From Mytilus edulis (Eukaryota): a stretch of 64,000 nucleotides of DNA. The stretch covers positions 98,580,001 to 98,644,000 of the forward strand of contig NC_092346.1 in NCBI RefSeq assembly GCF_963676685.1, read 5' to 3'. Under the pieces are notes generated by a model that made no database searches, was not told the origin of the DNA, and saw nothing but the letters and a program-made list of their open reading frames with translations. Below are positions 42,181 through 55,274 of the stretch, piece after piece. How positions within the stretch are numbered: position 1 is the first letter of the stretch; each line of letters opens with the position of its first letter. Both the position numbers and the translations under genes were made by a program.

Positions 42181-42360
42181 ATATATAAAGTTCTGAGATC
42201 TGATGGGAAACACAAGTGTTGAGAAATCTAAACGTTATTATAATATATAAAGTTCTGTGATCTAATGGGAAACACAAGTGTTGAGAAATCTATACGATAT
42301 TATAATATATAAAGTTCTGTGATCTAATGGGAAACACAAGTGTTGAGAAATCTAAACGAT
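42181..42360. repeat. 64-bp tandem repeat, about 3 copies
   Basis: ATATATAAAGTTCTG.GATCT.ATGGGAAACACAAGTGTTGAGAAATCTA. Confidence 0.9.
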
Positions 42361-42947
42361 AGTACAATACAGACGTTTTATATATACAATATCATTATAA
42401 TACATACCAAAATAATTCAGTCGGTTTTTAAATTTACAACTGTTGTCAATAAAAATTTACATATTGTAGTGATTAATATTTTTTATTATTCAGTGTTTCA
42501 TCAAATTTGTCACCTTTATGAATTACATAAAATTAGAAAATTTAATATATAATGAGACAATAAATCCTTATTTCAAAACAAAACTTTCCAATGGTCATGT
42601 CAGTATGTCAAGTCAAGTGGAACTATTAATTTTATTTTGGAAATCACAGCCAGGACTGGCGACAGATTAGATGGATAGAAAAATGGACAGATATAAGAAC
42701 CACTGTTCCAGCAGTGAAACAAGGTTGAAATAATTTAAAACAGATATAATGATTGATGATTTGATATGCATAGTTATGGAGTTATGTGTGTATCTAAACA
42801 AAAACTGATTTTTATTCAAAACAAGCGCAATTACTGAAATGTCTCAATTGCTTTACGGACCATAATTCATCGATGTTGCAAATCGTAGATTAAAGGTTTT
42901 CAACTCCAACTTTGTACTTGTTTGGCCTACAACTATTTTGACCTGTG

Positions 42948-42989
42948 CGTCACTGATGAGTCTAATGTAGACGAAACGCGCGTCTGGCG
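42948..42989 (+). ncRNA. Minimal type-I hammerhead ribozyme (intact core)
   Basis: Stem I CGTCA/TGGCG, CTGATGA, stem II GTCT-AATGT-AGAC, GAAA, stem III C-GCGC-G, GTC cleavage triplet. Confidence 0.85.
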
Positions 42990-43022
42990 TATTAAATTAT
43001 AATCCTGGTACCTTTGATAACT

Positions 43023-45360
43023 TTGATTTCGAACAGTTATTTGGTGGAAACCCTCCTGATATCTGCGAAGAAGTTATAAATCTGATTGAATCTAACTCGT
43101 TTTTAAATGACATTGTTATAGATTCGCTGGATAATGAAATATCCGAAAATGAAATTCTGCAGTCTATCTCAAAACTTCAAACTGGAAAAAGTGCGGGAAG
43201 TGACAATATTATTTATGAAATGTTTATTGCCGGGCCGAACTTTTTACTGGAAAAAGTGCGGGAAGTGACAATATTATTAATGAAATGTTTATTGCCGGGC
43301 CGAACATTTTTGCTCCGATTTTGAAAATGATTTTTAATTTCATATTCAATAGGGGAATTTTCCCTGATTTTTGGACAGAAGGAATCCTTAGAACAGTTCC
43401 AAAAATGTGGAGACTTATCCGACCCAAATAATTACCGTCCTATAGTTCTAGTTAGTGTGATGTCAAAAATGTTAACATCTATTTTGACTAACAGATTGAT
43501 CAATTAGGCCGATGACGAAGAAAAGCTTATTGACAATCAGTTCGGATTTCGACCAGGCCGGTCAACTGTTGATGCCATATTCATTTTACATGGAATCATA
43601 TCACACATATTACACCAGAAGTCTAAAATTTATTGTGCTTTTGTCGATTTCCGCAAAGCCTTTGATAAGGTAATTCGGAGAATTCTCTGGTACAAGTTAT
43701 TACAAAGTGGAGTCAGTGGGAAATTTATAACAATTATTAAAGCAGTATATGAAACCGTGCGTCTATGAATTAGAACGAAAGACGGCTTATCTGATGCGTT
43801 TGTAAATGTTCTTGGAGTGAAACAAGGGGAACCACTCTCTCCTCTTTTGTTCCTATTTTTCATTAACGATATAATCAGTGATATACAAGTTGATAACAAT
43901 GGTGACATATTCGAACTTAATGGTTACCTCCTATATTTGAAATTATTTGCTGACGATACAGTTTTGCTAGCAAAGTCTTCCGATGCATTGCAAATTTTAT
44001 TAGATAAACTTTGATTCTACTGTAGGAGATAAAATATAACTGTAAATACGGACAAAACAAAAATTGTCGTATTTCGAAATGCTCTTCAACTTTGTACTTG
44101 TTTGGCTTTATAAAAATTTTGATATGATCGTCACTGATGAGTCTTATGTAGACGAAACGCGCGTCTGGCGTACTAAATTATAATCCTGGTACTTTTGATA
44201 ACAATTGGAAGCCCGTAACTGACCATTTTTATTTCGAAGGCCAAGAACTTGAAATCGTCAAATCATACATATATCATGGTATGCTGCTACATTTCAATGG
44301 TAAATTTGTTCAAACTCAAAAAAGAATGGCACAACAAGGAGCTAGAGCTCTATCATCTTTAATCATCTTTAAATTGTTTTTTTTTCAATAGTATGGTTGG
44401 GTCCGTTCTGAATTATGCGTCCGAGGTGTGGGGATTTCATCGGGCCAACGAAGTAGAATATGTTCATAATCATTTTTGTCGATATATACTTAACTTGGGT
44501 AAAACTGTACCAATTTTGTTTTTATGAGGTGAACTCGGACACTTTCCGATGTGTATTTCAAGAAAATATAGAATTGTTAAATATTGGTTGCATTTAATTA
44601 AGGACCAACCAAATATTGTGTATGATATATATAAAGTTGTATGTATTGATGCTACTAATGGTAAAACAAATTTGGCATCCAATTTAAGAGACCTTTTGTT
44701 TAGTTTAGGTTTGAATTATATATGGATTAACCAGGATCACATAAATGTGTCATTTGACCTTATTAAATCACGTATCAACGATCAATATTATCAAAGCTGG
44801 TATGCTAATATTAATGCTTGTGAAAAACTGTCTATCTATAAATGTTTCAAACTAGATTTTTGTTTGAAGAATTATTTACAATATGATTTTGATACCAATA
44901 TACTTACAAAACTACGTAGTGGAAGCTTGAAATTATATTTAGAAACAGGTCGCTATGACAATATTCCTACAGACAATCGTATTTGTAGATGTTGTGAAAT
45001 GAATAATATTGAAGATGAATATCATTTTGTGTTGATTTGTCCTGCATATAGAACACTTAGATGTAATCTTTTGCCAAAGTATTATTGTTCATGGCCAAAT
45101 ACACGAAAGCTAAATTTTCTGTTACAAACTGGGTCAAAAAGCTTAACTAAAAATCTATGTAATTATCTTAAAGCTGCATGGAAACTAAGATTGCAAATTA
45201 TCAGTTAATATATTATTCATATTATTATAAGTTATCTCTGCATTATTTAATTTATTTAATTGTTCTCTGTATTCTGTCATATTTGTCATATATGTATATA
45301 TGTATTATGCTAAAGCAATGTTGTTGCTAATGCAATAAAGATTCAACAACAACAACAACA
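43023..45360 (+). mobile_element. 5'-truncated, decayed LINE (RT domain + C-terminal CCHC motif; RTE-X/CR1-like)
   Basis: NYRPI, QFGFRPGRST, FVDFRKAFD, GVKQGEPLSPLLF, LFADD and RICRCC...EDEYHFVLIC motifs, with stops and frameshifts. AATAAA plus (CAA)n tail. TSD ATAACT at 43017-43022 and 45361-45366. Confidence 0.9.
44129..44170 (+). ncRNA. Minimal type-I hammerhead ribozyme (intact core) inside a ~120-bp insert in the LINE RT
   Basis: CGTCA CTGATGA GTCTTATGTAGAC GAAA CGCGCGTC TGGCG. Confidence 0.85.
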
Positions 45361-48300
45361 ATAACTAATTACAACAAGTGTCCAATAAAATCATCATTAG
45401 AAATGATCCATGACAATAAAATCAAGCTCAGATAAACCCTGCAAAATATGTATTGCCTATTTTTGGGAGTTTTTCTAAAAAAAAAAAATGGGGTTAGCGA
45501 TGCAAATGATTCTTTACGGGAAATTTATTTTCTTTCTTTGTAAAAAAAAGATCTACGTGATTTTGCACTTACAACAATTGCTTGTTTTGTAAAAATTTGT
45601 CTATAATTCAAAAGTTTACGAATATGTCGAAGCTCAATTTAACAATTTTCAGTAAACACACATACATAAGATGCGTAACATCCTAAATAAGGCACATTCA
45701 TAAAACTTGTAAAAGGTCATAGAAGCAGATGTAAACAATTCAAATTACCATAATAAATATGGTGAAGGAGGTTTTTTTAGCATGTTGTACGGTATGATGC
45801 ATCATTTTCACATATTTTGCTCCTAAACTTTATGTTTGCAGAATACATAGAACGGTAGTATCATAAATCAGCAAAAGCTTACAGTTCATTTTTTTCTTTT
45901 TTTTTTCTTCCTGATTTACAGGTATTAACATATAATATAATCAAGCAAGTAAAATAAATAAGAATAATAAGTATTGTATGGTATAAACATTCCAACACTC
46001 ATATAAACACATATGTATATGAATTAACCTCATTACATTCAATCAGTGAACTTAGCTTCGGGGTTCCAGTACAAGTTGTATTCTTCAACACTTAAATATT
46101 TTGGGGAAATCTGTTTCTCTAAAATCAAATTTTTTTTTTTGTAATTTTGAAATTCTTTTAAATGAGTTTTACATCTTGCATATTAGATTTGTAAATGAAG
46201 TTCTTTGTCAGTAAAATAACTTTATTTGTTTGTTTTTATTTTTTCATAGAGGCCAAGGATGACAATATTCAAATTTAGTTGAATTTCGAAATGAGCTATA
46301 TTGAAATCCAAGAATGTAGATTGTGCCAAATGTCGGCTACAATATGACAACTCAAATGTAAATGTTCTATAGTTTCTGGCTCTTCCTTGCAAAATCTACA
46401 CAAATTACAATTAACAAGGTTTATTTTAAAGAGTAGAGCATTTGTACCCAAGATATAATGAATAATTCTATATTGAAACCAACATTACCTGGTGTTTTTG
46501 AAAACTTGGTAACACAAACGTTTATTTTCTTCCAATTGCCTACAACTTTATTCAGAATACCTTCCCAGTTTTTTTTCTGCTGCAAAAAATTGCTCCATGA
46601 TTTGCCCAATTTTGATAGTAAACGCTGACATTATCAATTTTAATATGTTCGCTGAGCCATAATTTAAATTTAAATTTAAATACGGGGGTCTCCTCTGTAA
46701 TTTGTTCATGTTTTGGTGAATTAAGTCATAGGCGTTACCCCTTCTGTCCATGGATATACCTGAAAAGGAACACAAATAATGTTCAGGTACGAACATTTTT
46801 TTTTCTCTATTACTAACATTAAAAATGCAGATTAATTAAAATAGGAAAATACAGGCCAAATAAAAATACCTTAAGTTTGAAATGAGTCATCATAAGAGAG
46901 TAGGTGTTATAAAAACAGGTTTAATCCACCATTTTCTACATAAGAAAAGTCAAGAATATGACAGTTGTTTTCCATTCGTTCAAAGTGTATTTTGATAAGG
47001 GACTTTCCGCTATGAATTTTCCTTGGAGATCTGTATTTTTATTATTTTACTTTATGAATAACAATTAGATATCGATTGAATATAGCAAATCCTCCCTTTG
47101 TTTGATAAATTCCTCACCCCCTCTAGACTCAAAATCAGACACCCGCGAGACGCAGTACATTTCGATGAACAATTAACTTTAATTTATTTAAGTTTTTACT
47201 CAGCAGCGGATGGCATTTGGTTAAAATCTGTGACAGGTATTCATTTCTATATAAATCATACGGAATACATCGCCAAAAGCAGTCTTTTATCCTAAAAACA
47301 TGGAAAACTAGGGAAAAGTGTCTGAGAAAAGAAGCAGTCTGCTTCTGCTTGCTGGAAATACATTACTATCAGTTCCTTTCGTGAAATGTATTATTTGGCG
47401 CTAACAATTCCCAAAAATGAAATTTCTGAACTTTTGCTTACATTATCGCTTAAAATTTATCCGCTTCAAATTTGCCACTACCTGTTTAAAAAAACTACAC
47501 CTACATGTGGCGTTCTGCAGGGAAAATAATAATTAAATAGTTTGCTGTTTAATATTGCTATTATTTAATGTTTAATTATTACATACATTAAATTTTGATA
47601 TAGTATGCATGAGATTTATAGACAAAAAAACTGCTTATAAAGATTGTTACAGTTGGAAATATGTAAGACACAATACAATTATCCGTAGGAAAATATGTCC
47701 AAGGTCCACTTTATACTCCGATTACCAGATAACCATGTACATCCTAATTCAAATATATATGTGTGTGTTAATGGAGACATTAAACTTATATCTATAGAAT
47801 TTCTTGTAAACAAATGTTTGTTATCTTTTTGCTGTTATTGATTGTAAAAGTTGTTACCATTGTATATGTATTAATAAAGCATTAACCTGTTCAGAATTGC
47901 AATGACACAATGTGACCCTGGTTATCCTGGTTTACTATTATATTTTATAAATCATTTTAATAAAAGTATCTTTTTACTTTTGCCAATTGTTTTCGCCAAT
48001 ATACAAAACTTTCAGACGAAAATCTCCATGAGCTTTTTAAAAAGAAAAGAGAGAACAATGTCTTCGTATTGTAAATGTGTGTTCCATTACTTGATGAAAT
48101 GTTCTTGATGAAGTCTCGTGTGAATATTTCCAGTTATATAGAGCTTTTCATATACTGATGATAATTAAAACATTCAAATATGCAGGGTTACTATGGACCG
48201 TTGATGGAAGCAACCGTCAAAATTAAACGAAACTTATTTTCTTATGGCCATGTCAAGTCAAATGGAACTTTTAATTTTATTCTGGAAATCACAATAAGGA

Positions 48301-49244
48301 CTGACCACAGACTAGATGGATAGAAAAATGGACAGATATAACCATCACTAACCAGGCAAATTCCCAATGTTGTAATAATAATAAAAAAAATATATAATAA
48401 TTAATATACATAGTCAATGTATAATGCGTATTTCTAAATCAAATGGTATTTATTCAAAACAAAACCACTCATTGAAATATCTTGCTTGCTTAACCGACCA
48501 TAATTCATTAATGTGGCAAATCGTAAAGATAGAAGGTTAACAGCAAGTGTCAATAGAATTAACGTTGACAATGATTCATGACAATATGTTCAATCTCATA
48601 TAAACCTTGCAAAACAGATAAGAAAATCTCAAAATCATTCAATTCACTAATTATATTTTGCCTTGTCCAAAGTATAATGTTGGTGCTGATATCGGTCTCA
48701 AATGCAGTCTGAGAAAATTGGAACCAATTGGAATCAAATTCAGAAATGGAATATGGTTATATATATTCTCTGACTGTTCACGACGTTTAAATACTAAATC
48801 CCTGGGATGTGTTGTAGTTGATGTTAGTCTCTGATGCATGATTTTTTTTTATTATTAATTGTTTTTGGCTTTTAACTAGCTGTCAGTAACTACGAGTACT
48901 CTCAAATCGTATTTTCTTGTTAGTTCGACCTTTGATACTGTTTATAATACTTTTTTGTTATTTTATATTTATATGGATCTTGTCTATATACCAGCTTTGA
49001 TTTTTGGAATACCTTCTCAGTTTCACTTCTTCTTACAACATTTGTATAAACTTCAAGATTTACCTGTATTTTTTGTTGTCTAAAGTGAAAATGTTCGAAG
49101 GGTTTAATATTTCGCAGTGGTGCCTTGCCATGGCTTTTTTTGGACTAGTTTGTTTGCTTTTTGGCCTTGAATGTTTGTCCCTAATATTTTTTAACTGTGC
49201 ATTTGCATTCAGATATCGCAGATAAAATTTATTCGTTCATAGTG

Positions 49245-49690
49245 TATTAATGTCCGTTTTTTGATTGAGTTAAGCCTGTCAATTGATATTTTATCGTGTG
49301 TTTTTCTATGTTGAGATGTTATGCTATTGTTTCAGAAAAAGGGAGAAGGTTTGGATCCATTAAAACGTTTAATCCCGCTGCAAATGTTTGCACCTGTCCT
49401 AAGTCAGGAATCTGATGTACAGTAGTTGTCGTTTGTTTATGTAATGTAAACGTGTTTCTTGTTTCTCGTTTGTTTTTGTTTTTTTCCATATAGATTAGAC
49501 CGTTGGTTTTCCCGTTTGAATGGTTTTACACTGTTATTTTGGGGCCCTTTATAGCTTGTTGTTCGGTGTGAGCCAAGACTCCGTGTTGAAGGCCGTACAT
49601 TGACCTATAATGGTTTACTTTTTTTTAAATTGTTATTTGGGTGGAGAGTTGTCTCATTGGCACTCACAACACATCTTCCTATATCTATCT
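49245..49690 (+). repeat. Interspersed repeat ending GTTGTCTCATTGGCACTCA-ACCACATCTT
   Basis: Related copies at ~23325-23420, ~29540-29860, ~30355-30540(-), ~33880-34075 and ~38130-38305(-). Confidence 0.7.
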
Positions 49691-51732
49691 TATATGAGCT
49701 GTTTATGTAAATAATAGATTCTTACTCGCATTTTGTAAAAAAAAACAATCGAATCACTTGATAATTGTGCCGCTTGCAACTGCAAAAGTTCAATATACAA
49801 TAAAACTAGGATAACCCAATGAAAAGGACTGCATTTAACTACCTTTACTATTCTACTAATTAACAGTTATCCAACAAAATATTGTAATACAGATGGTCTG
49901 CACTCAAACGGCAAAGCAATCAGTTCAGTAATTTCTAGGTCAAGATAAGCATACCACATTTTAATTTGTTTATTTATAAATTGTTATTTTAAGGAATATC
50001 AAGTCCAAAAGATCACCTCTCCTCCTCTATTTTTACGCAATTACTTAAATCATGTTTGCTTAACGTCATACTTAAATGGTAAATCACGATGTGCAGCAAG
50101 CTAACTGTTTAAAATTATGCACTGGATTAAACTTCAAATGAAATAGTTTTAAAATAACATAGAGATAAGTACACACACACTCAACAATTAACATCAACAA
50201 GACCAATTTCTAAAGACATAAATTAATGACGCAGCAATCCTACAATAGAAAAAATCACTAAACAGCTGGCCAGGTATATGGGACCTGCAGAAACGTTCTT
50301 TCTGGTTGTTTTTAATGCTGCTATTGTTAGTTTTTTTCTTTCATCACTCATCAACTACCTGTTTACCAACTACTCATATGTACGTTAAACATAATGTTCA
50401 TGTAAGTAATGGTATAAGCCTTTATAAGAGAATTTTGTATGGTTTGAGGTATTATCTTCAAGTCCATTGCTCATAAACTTCGAATCATCAGTTAGCAAAA
50501 GCTCACAGTTCAACTATATGATATGATCTGTCATCGAAAATATCAAGTGTGGTGATCTAACAGGAGATACCTTTGCTGAGAAGTATTAACGATATTCTGC
50601 GTCAGAACATTTAATAAATGTTATGATAAGGCAGTACAAATAATTCAGGCAGTTTTTAGATTTCTATTATTTATTGTCTCATCATATTTCTCACCTTGAT
50701 AAATTACATAAAAATTTTAGAGAAATTTTGATACATTATGAGTGGATTTTAAAGGCAAAATATTAATTACAATTGTTTAATAGACAAATATGTAAGACAC
50801 ATACAATTATCCGTAGAAAAACATGTACCATAAACCACGTTATACTCACCTAACCAGATAACCTTGTACACCTTAATTGAAATTTGTGCGTGTGTGTGTT
50901 TTAAGGGAACACTCAACCTATATCTTTTAAATTTGAAGGTAAATATATGTCTTTCTGCGACTTATTTTGGTTGATTAAAAAATAAAGGTCAAAATCAAAC
51001 GAGACCTATATTTAAACAAAATTTGATCAAGTGGCACTTTTATTATATTTTTGAAACTAAACGGATGAAGAGGGACAACGGAACAGATTGACACAGAAAT
51101 GGTCAGATGTGTGCATACATAAAATTAAGCATCAATTCAGGCAAGGTTATAATAATTATTAAATTAAGGATTGACGCTTTTTTTGTAACTTCATTGGGGT
51201 GTAAAAGTGTTGACCGAAGTACATTTTGAACTAAGCGCGAAAGCGCTTCATTCTAAAAATGTGCGCACGGTCAACGCTTTTACAAACCTATGAAGTTACA
51301 AAAGAGGGACGAAAGATACCAGAGGAACAGTCAAACTTATAAATCGACAATAAACTGACAACGCCATGTCTAAAAATGAAATGGAAGAAGCATTCAATAC
51401 TTGTAATTACATTACATTTTTTAGCTAGGATCATGAAAACACGATTTTTATCAAGTTTTTATTTAATTTACCTGTGCACTTTATTGTGGGACCCCGTGTC
51501 ATCATCAAAAATAAATTTTATTGTGTAATGAAGTTGCCAAAGGAATAACGCGAGATTGCAGTGTAGCTAATCAGAATAACGTTTTATAATGAAACATACA
51601 TCTAATGCAATTATAAAGATATAACAATTAACATTCAAAAACCAAGCTATGAAGACAACTGCATACTGCTAAATGCCTCGCTTGTTTTACTGGCCACGAT
51701 TCATTGTATGTTGGAAACCGTATATATAATGG

Positions 51733-52556
51733 TAGACGAACGCGCGTCTGGTGCATATACAAAATTTCAATCCTGGTATCTATGATGAGTTTATTTACAA
51801 CCACTGGTCCATGCCACTGCTGGTTGAGTTTTTATTCCCGAGAGTATCATCAGCCAAGTAGTCAGCGCTTCTGTGTTGACATGAATTATCATTCATATGG
51901 TCATGATTAAAAATAATCTGTTCACAAAACGTTGATGTTTTTAATACTAAGGCTTTTCTACCTCCAAAAATCGTTCTTTATTTGGCTTTTTAAACATTTG
52001 TTTTTCATTCGCGTCTGGCGCATATATACAATTTCAACTCTGCTATCTATGACGAGTGTAATAACTACAAGCATAAAACAAAATCAACATTATGAATGAT
52101 TCATCTGATTGAGGGCAAGGTCATATAACATAAGCGGACAAATATCTACATCTCACAATCATTCCATACACCAAATTTAGTTTTATCTATGAATTATAAA
52201 ATTTTAATTCTGGTGTAGCTATGATAAGTTTATTTTCAACCACTGGGTCGATTCCACTGCTGGTGGACATTTATTTCCCCCGAGGGTATCACCAGCTCAG
52301 CAGTCAGCGCTTCTGTGTTGACTTGATTTGTAATTGATATGTTCATAATCATAAATTTCAAACTGTTAACAAAATTTGTATTTTTTTTAATACTAATGCT
52401 TTTCTACTTCAGGAATAGATTACCTTAGCTGTATTTGGCAAAACTTTTAGGCATTTTTGGTCCACAATGCTCCTCAACTTCGTACTTTATTTGGCCTTTT
52501 AACATTTTTTTATTCGAGCGTCACTGATGAGTCTTTCGTAGACGAAACTCGCGTCT
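51733..52556 (+). mobile_element. Two decayed retrozyme-like units (~51733-52065 and ~52197-52556); hammerhead core at 52519-52555
   Basis: ~360-nt unit running from the sequence after one hammerhead to the next hammerhead core CTGATGA-GTCTTTCGTAGAC-GAAA-CTCGCGTC. Confidence 0.7.
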
Positions 52557-53114
52557 CGAGTTTATTGCTTACAGTCTCCAAGAACAGACCAAATGATGAA
52601 AACATTGACCTTGTAAACATGAAAATGAAGGTCAGATGATAAGCATTCAATGCACCAAAAACAATTCAACATATTACTTGTGATAATACAGAAATAAGAC
52701 TTAATCAGAAAAACGTAATATTGACAAATGAGCAGTGAAAATGAAGTCAAGGTCAGATGATTCATGCCAGACAGCAATATACATCTGACTATCATTCCAA
52801 ACACCAAATATAGTTTATCTATTACTAATATACTATTTGAGAAGAGAAAAACTATGGAAACTTAACACTGACCACTGAAACATGAAAATAATTTCATGAA
52901 CAGATGAAACATGCCAGTCATCTACACCTTCCAGTTGGTGTTGCACCAATTAATTCTGACTTCCTGTGTACAGTTGCTGCTCTCAGGGCACCACAGATTC
53001 CTCCTTAAAAATATGACAGCCACGAAATAGCACACTAGTGTTGATAGTGTATTGAATATCAAACAATCAATTAATCTTCTAGATTTTGAAAAACAAACCC
53101 CAAAACAGTCTTAA

Positions 53115-53800
53115 AGGGGCACTAGCTACGAGTTATATAAAAAATCTAAAGTTTGATTTTTTTTTTTTGTTCAATCAATAATGAAAGTGAAATAGTGAAA
53201 TAACAATTCGCTTTTTGCAGCCAAAAAGGTTCAATTTTGTCAAATTACGCTAAGAAACATTGATAATTACTTATTCACTTGCAAGTGAATGAGTCGACCA
53301 GTTTAAATCCGTATTCATGTGAACTTCAATTTAACCCCTAGCTAGAGATTGACAACGCATGCATTGTACGTGTACTGGTTATTTAAAGAAAAAGAATGTC
53401 AACAATGAAAGTGAAACTACGGTAAATCATTTGATTACTAATTCGATGCACATAAAATCATTCTTATACGGTTAAAAGCAATGAGAAACCTATATTTTTA
53501 ATCTATTAAAAAAATCAAACAGACCTATAAAAATCCAATTGCACGTGTTGGTTTAATCTATTCATATCTTTATTTATGTTTACATCGCTTATATGGTCAT
53601 CTGAGGTCAAATCGATATTTAACTAGATGGCGTCTGGACTAAAATACACACGAAACGAAGCTTCATCTTATCGACCCAATGCTCTGTAAACTGTTTATTT
53701 TAGACTTTTGATAGTTTGGATAAATTTTTTCCATTGTTATAAATCAAATATGAGAATTTGAGTCAAATCGGTGACCATGAATTTGACAGCTAGTGCCCCT
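53115..53800. mobile_element. Non-autonomous DNA transposon, Kolobok-like
   Basis: 13-bp perfect TIR AGGGGCACTAGCT/AGCTAGTGCCCCT flanked by TTAA on both sides. Confidence 0.75.
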
Positions 53801-54364
53801 TTAACATTGAGCAATGAACCATAAATTGAAATTGAAGTAAGATGAAACCGGAAAGACTAACAGGTACCTCTTATAATCACTACATATTTAAGTTGACATA
53901 ATGCTAATAGTATCTGAGAGGCGAACCTTATCATGTAGCTTTAACCTTGGTCACTGATCCATGAAATGAGGTCAATGTCAGGTGAACCCTATCTGACAGA
54001 CGATAGATATTATTACGAACCCATATTCTTGTTATAAATATCTTATTACCAGAAAATACAAAAAATAAGAAATTCATAAAACAAAATTTCAAAGCAGTTG
54101 CTTCAGTCGCTGAACAATGAAAATCAATCAAAACCAATGGACATGTGACGGATACTTAACACCTAACGGGAGGGACTGTACTTTATTTTCAAATGATGAA
54201 GACATAATATGTCAATCAATTTAATTGAGGTCCGGAGCTGGCATGTCAGTAACTGCTAGTAGTCTTTAATTAATTTATGTATCATTGTCATTTAGCTTAG
54301 TTTCTTTTGTTCCCTTTCTGACATCGGACTCTGGCTCCTTTGAAATGTGTGTTTCTTTATTCTA

Positions 54365-55274
54365 TACTAGTCAACAAAATAAACGATACACGACTCTTTT
54401 TAGAATTCAAGATTATGTTTAAAATTTCATTATATACGACCAATATTGAAGATGGTAGACTAGTACCGAATGACCACGGAACTATAAATCCGTTTACTAA
54501 AAACAATTTTTTGCTTCCATGACGTCATTCGGCGATTTTTATTTTTTTTGACAAAATTTACAAAAAACGTCAATTTTAAAAACCAGAAGTTCTAACTAAT
54601 GATGCCAATCTCTCATTTAAAGGTAAAGACGAAATTTGCCATCAATTTGTTTTTAAAAATCATACAGTTTCTTTGTTTATTTGTAAAACGAAATTCGGCC
54701 CCATAAGAAAACCATGGCAGTATAATCAGTTCGTTGATTGTGGCCATTATCTGGCAGAAGCAGAAGCAGAAATCGGTAAAATGTATACATTATACTTTCA
54801 TTTACCATATACAGTATATGTAAAGTGAAATTCAAATACACAGTATCAAACTTAAAACTAATCTGAAAGGTTCCAAATTTACAGTGTGGTGTTTTCATAT
54901 CCAAAGCATTGATTTGAGACGTAAACATTTTTTTATTTATTTTTTTTGAAATTTCAAAAAACACTTTACAAAAAAATATTTAATTTTTTTTTTATTTCAA
55001 CCCATAATTTACATGTGAATTTCTTTTCAGTACTTTGAAAATTGTGTGTCGATTTTAATCCAATTTTCCACAAAATTAGTTTGAATCCTGTGATCATCTA
55101 CGCGGAATTTAATAGTTTCTCTCCGATATGTTTTGATTTTCATAATCATATGCACATACATGGCAAAGGAAAAGTTTTTAAAATAGCGTATCTCATTTTG
55201 TTTTATATTGAATACTTTTTTTTTTTATCAATTTTGATTCCAAAGTCGTGTATCGTTTCTTTTGTTAACTAGTA
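54365..55274. mobile_element. MITE with TA target duplication (Tc1/mariner-like), nested in a retroelement 3' fragment
   Basis: ~30-bp TIRs TACTAGTCAACAAAATAAACGATACACGACT / AGTCGTGTATCGTTTCTTTTGTTAACTAGTA. Host sequence TTCTA|CATTGGCTAGAGG is split with TA duplicated. Confidence 0.8.
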
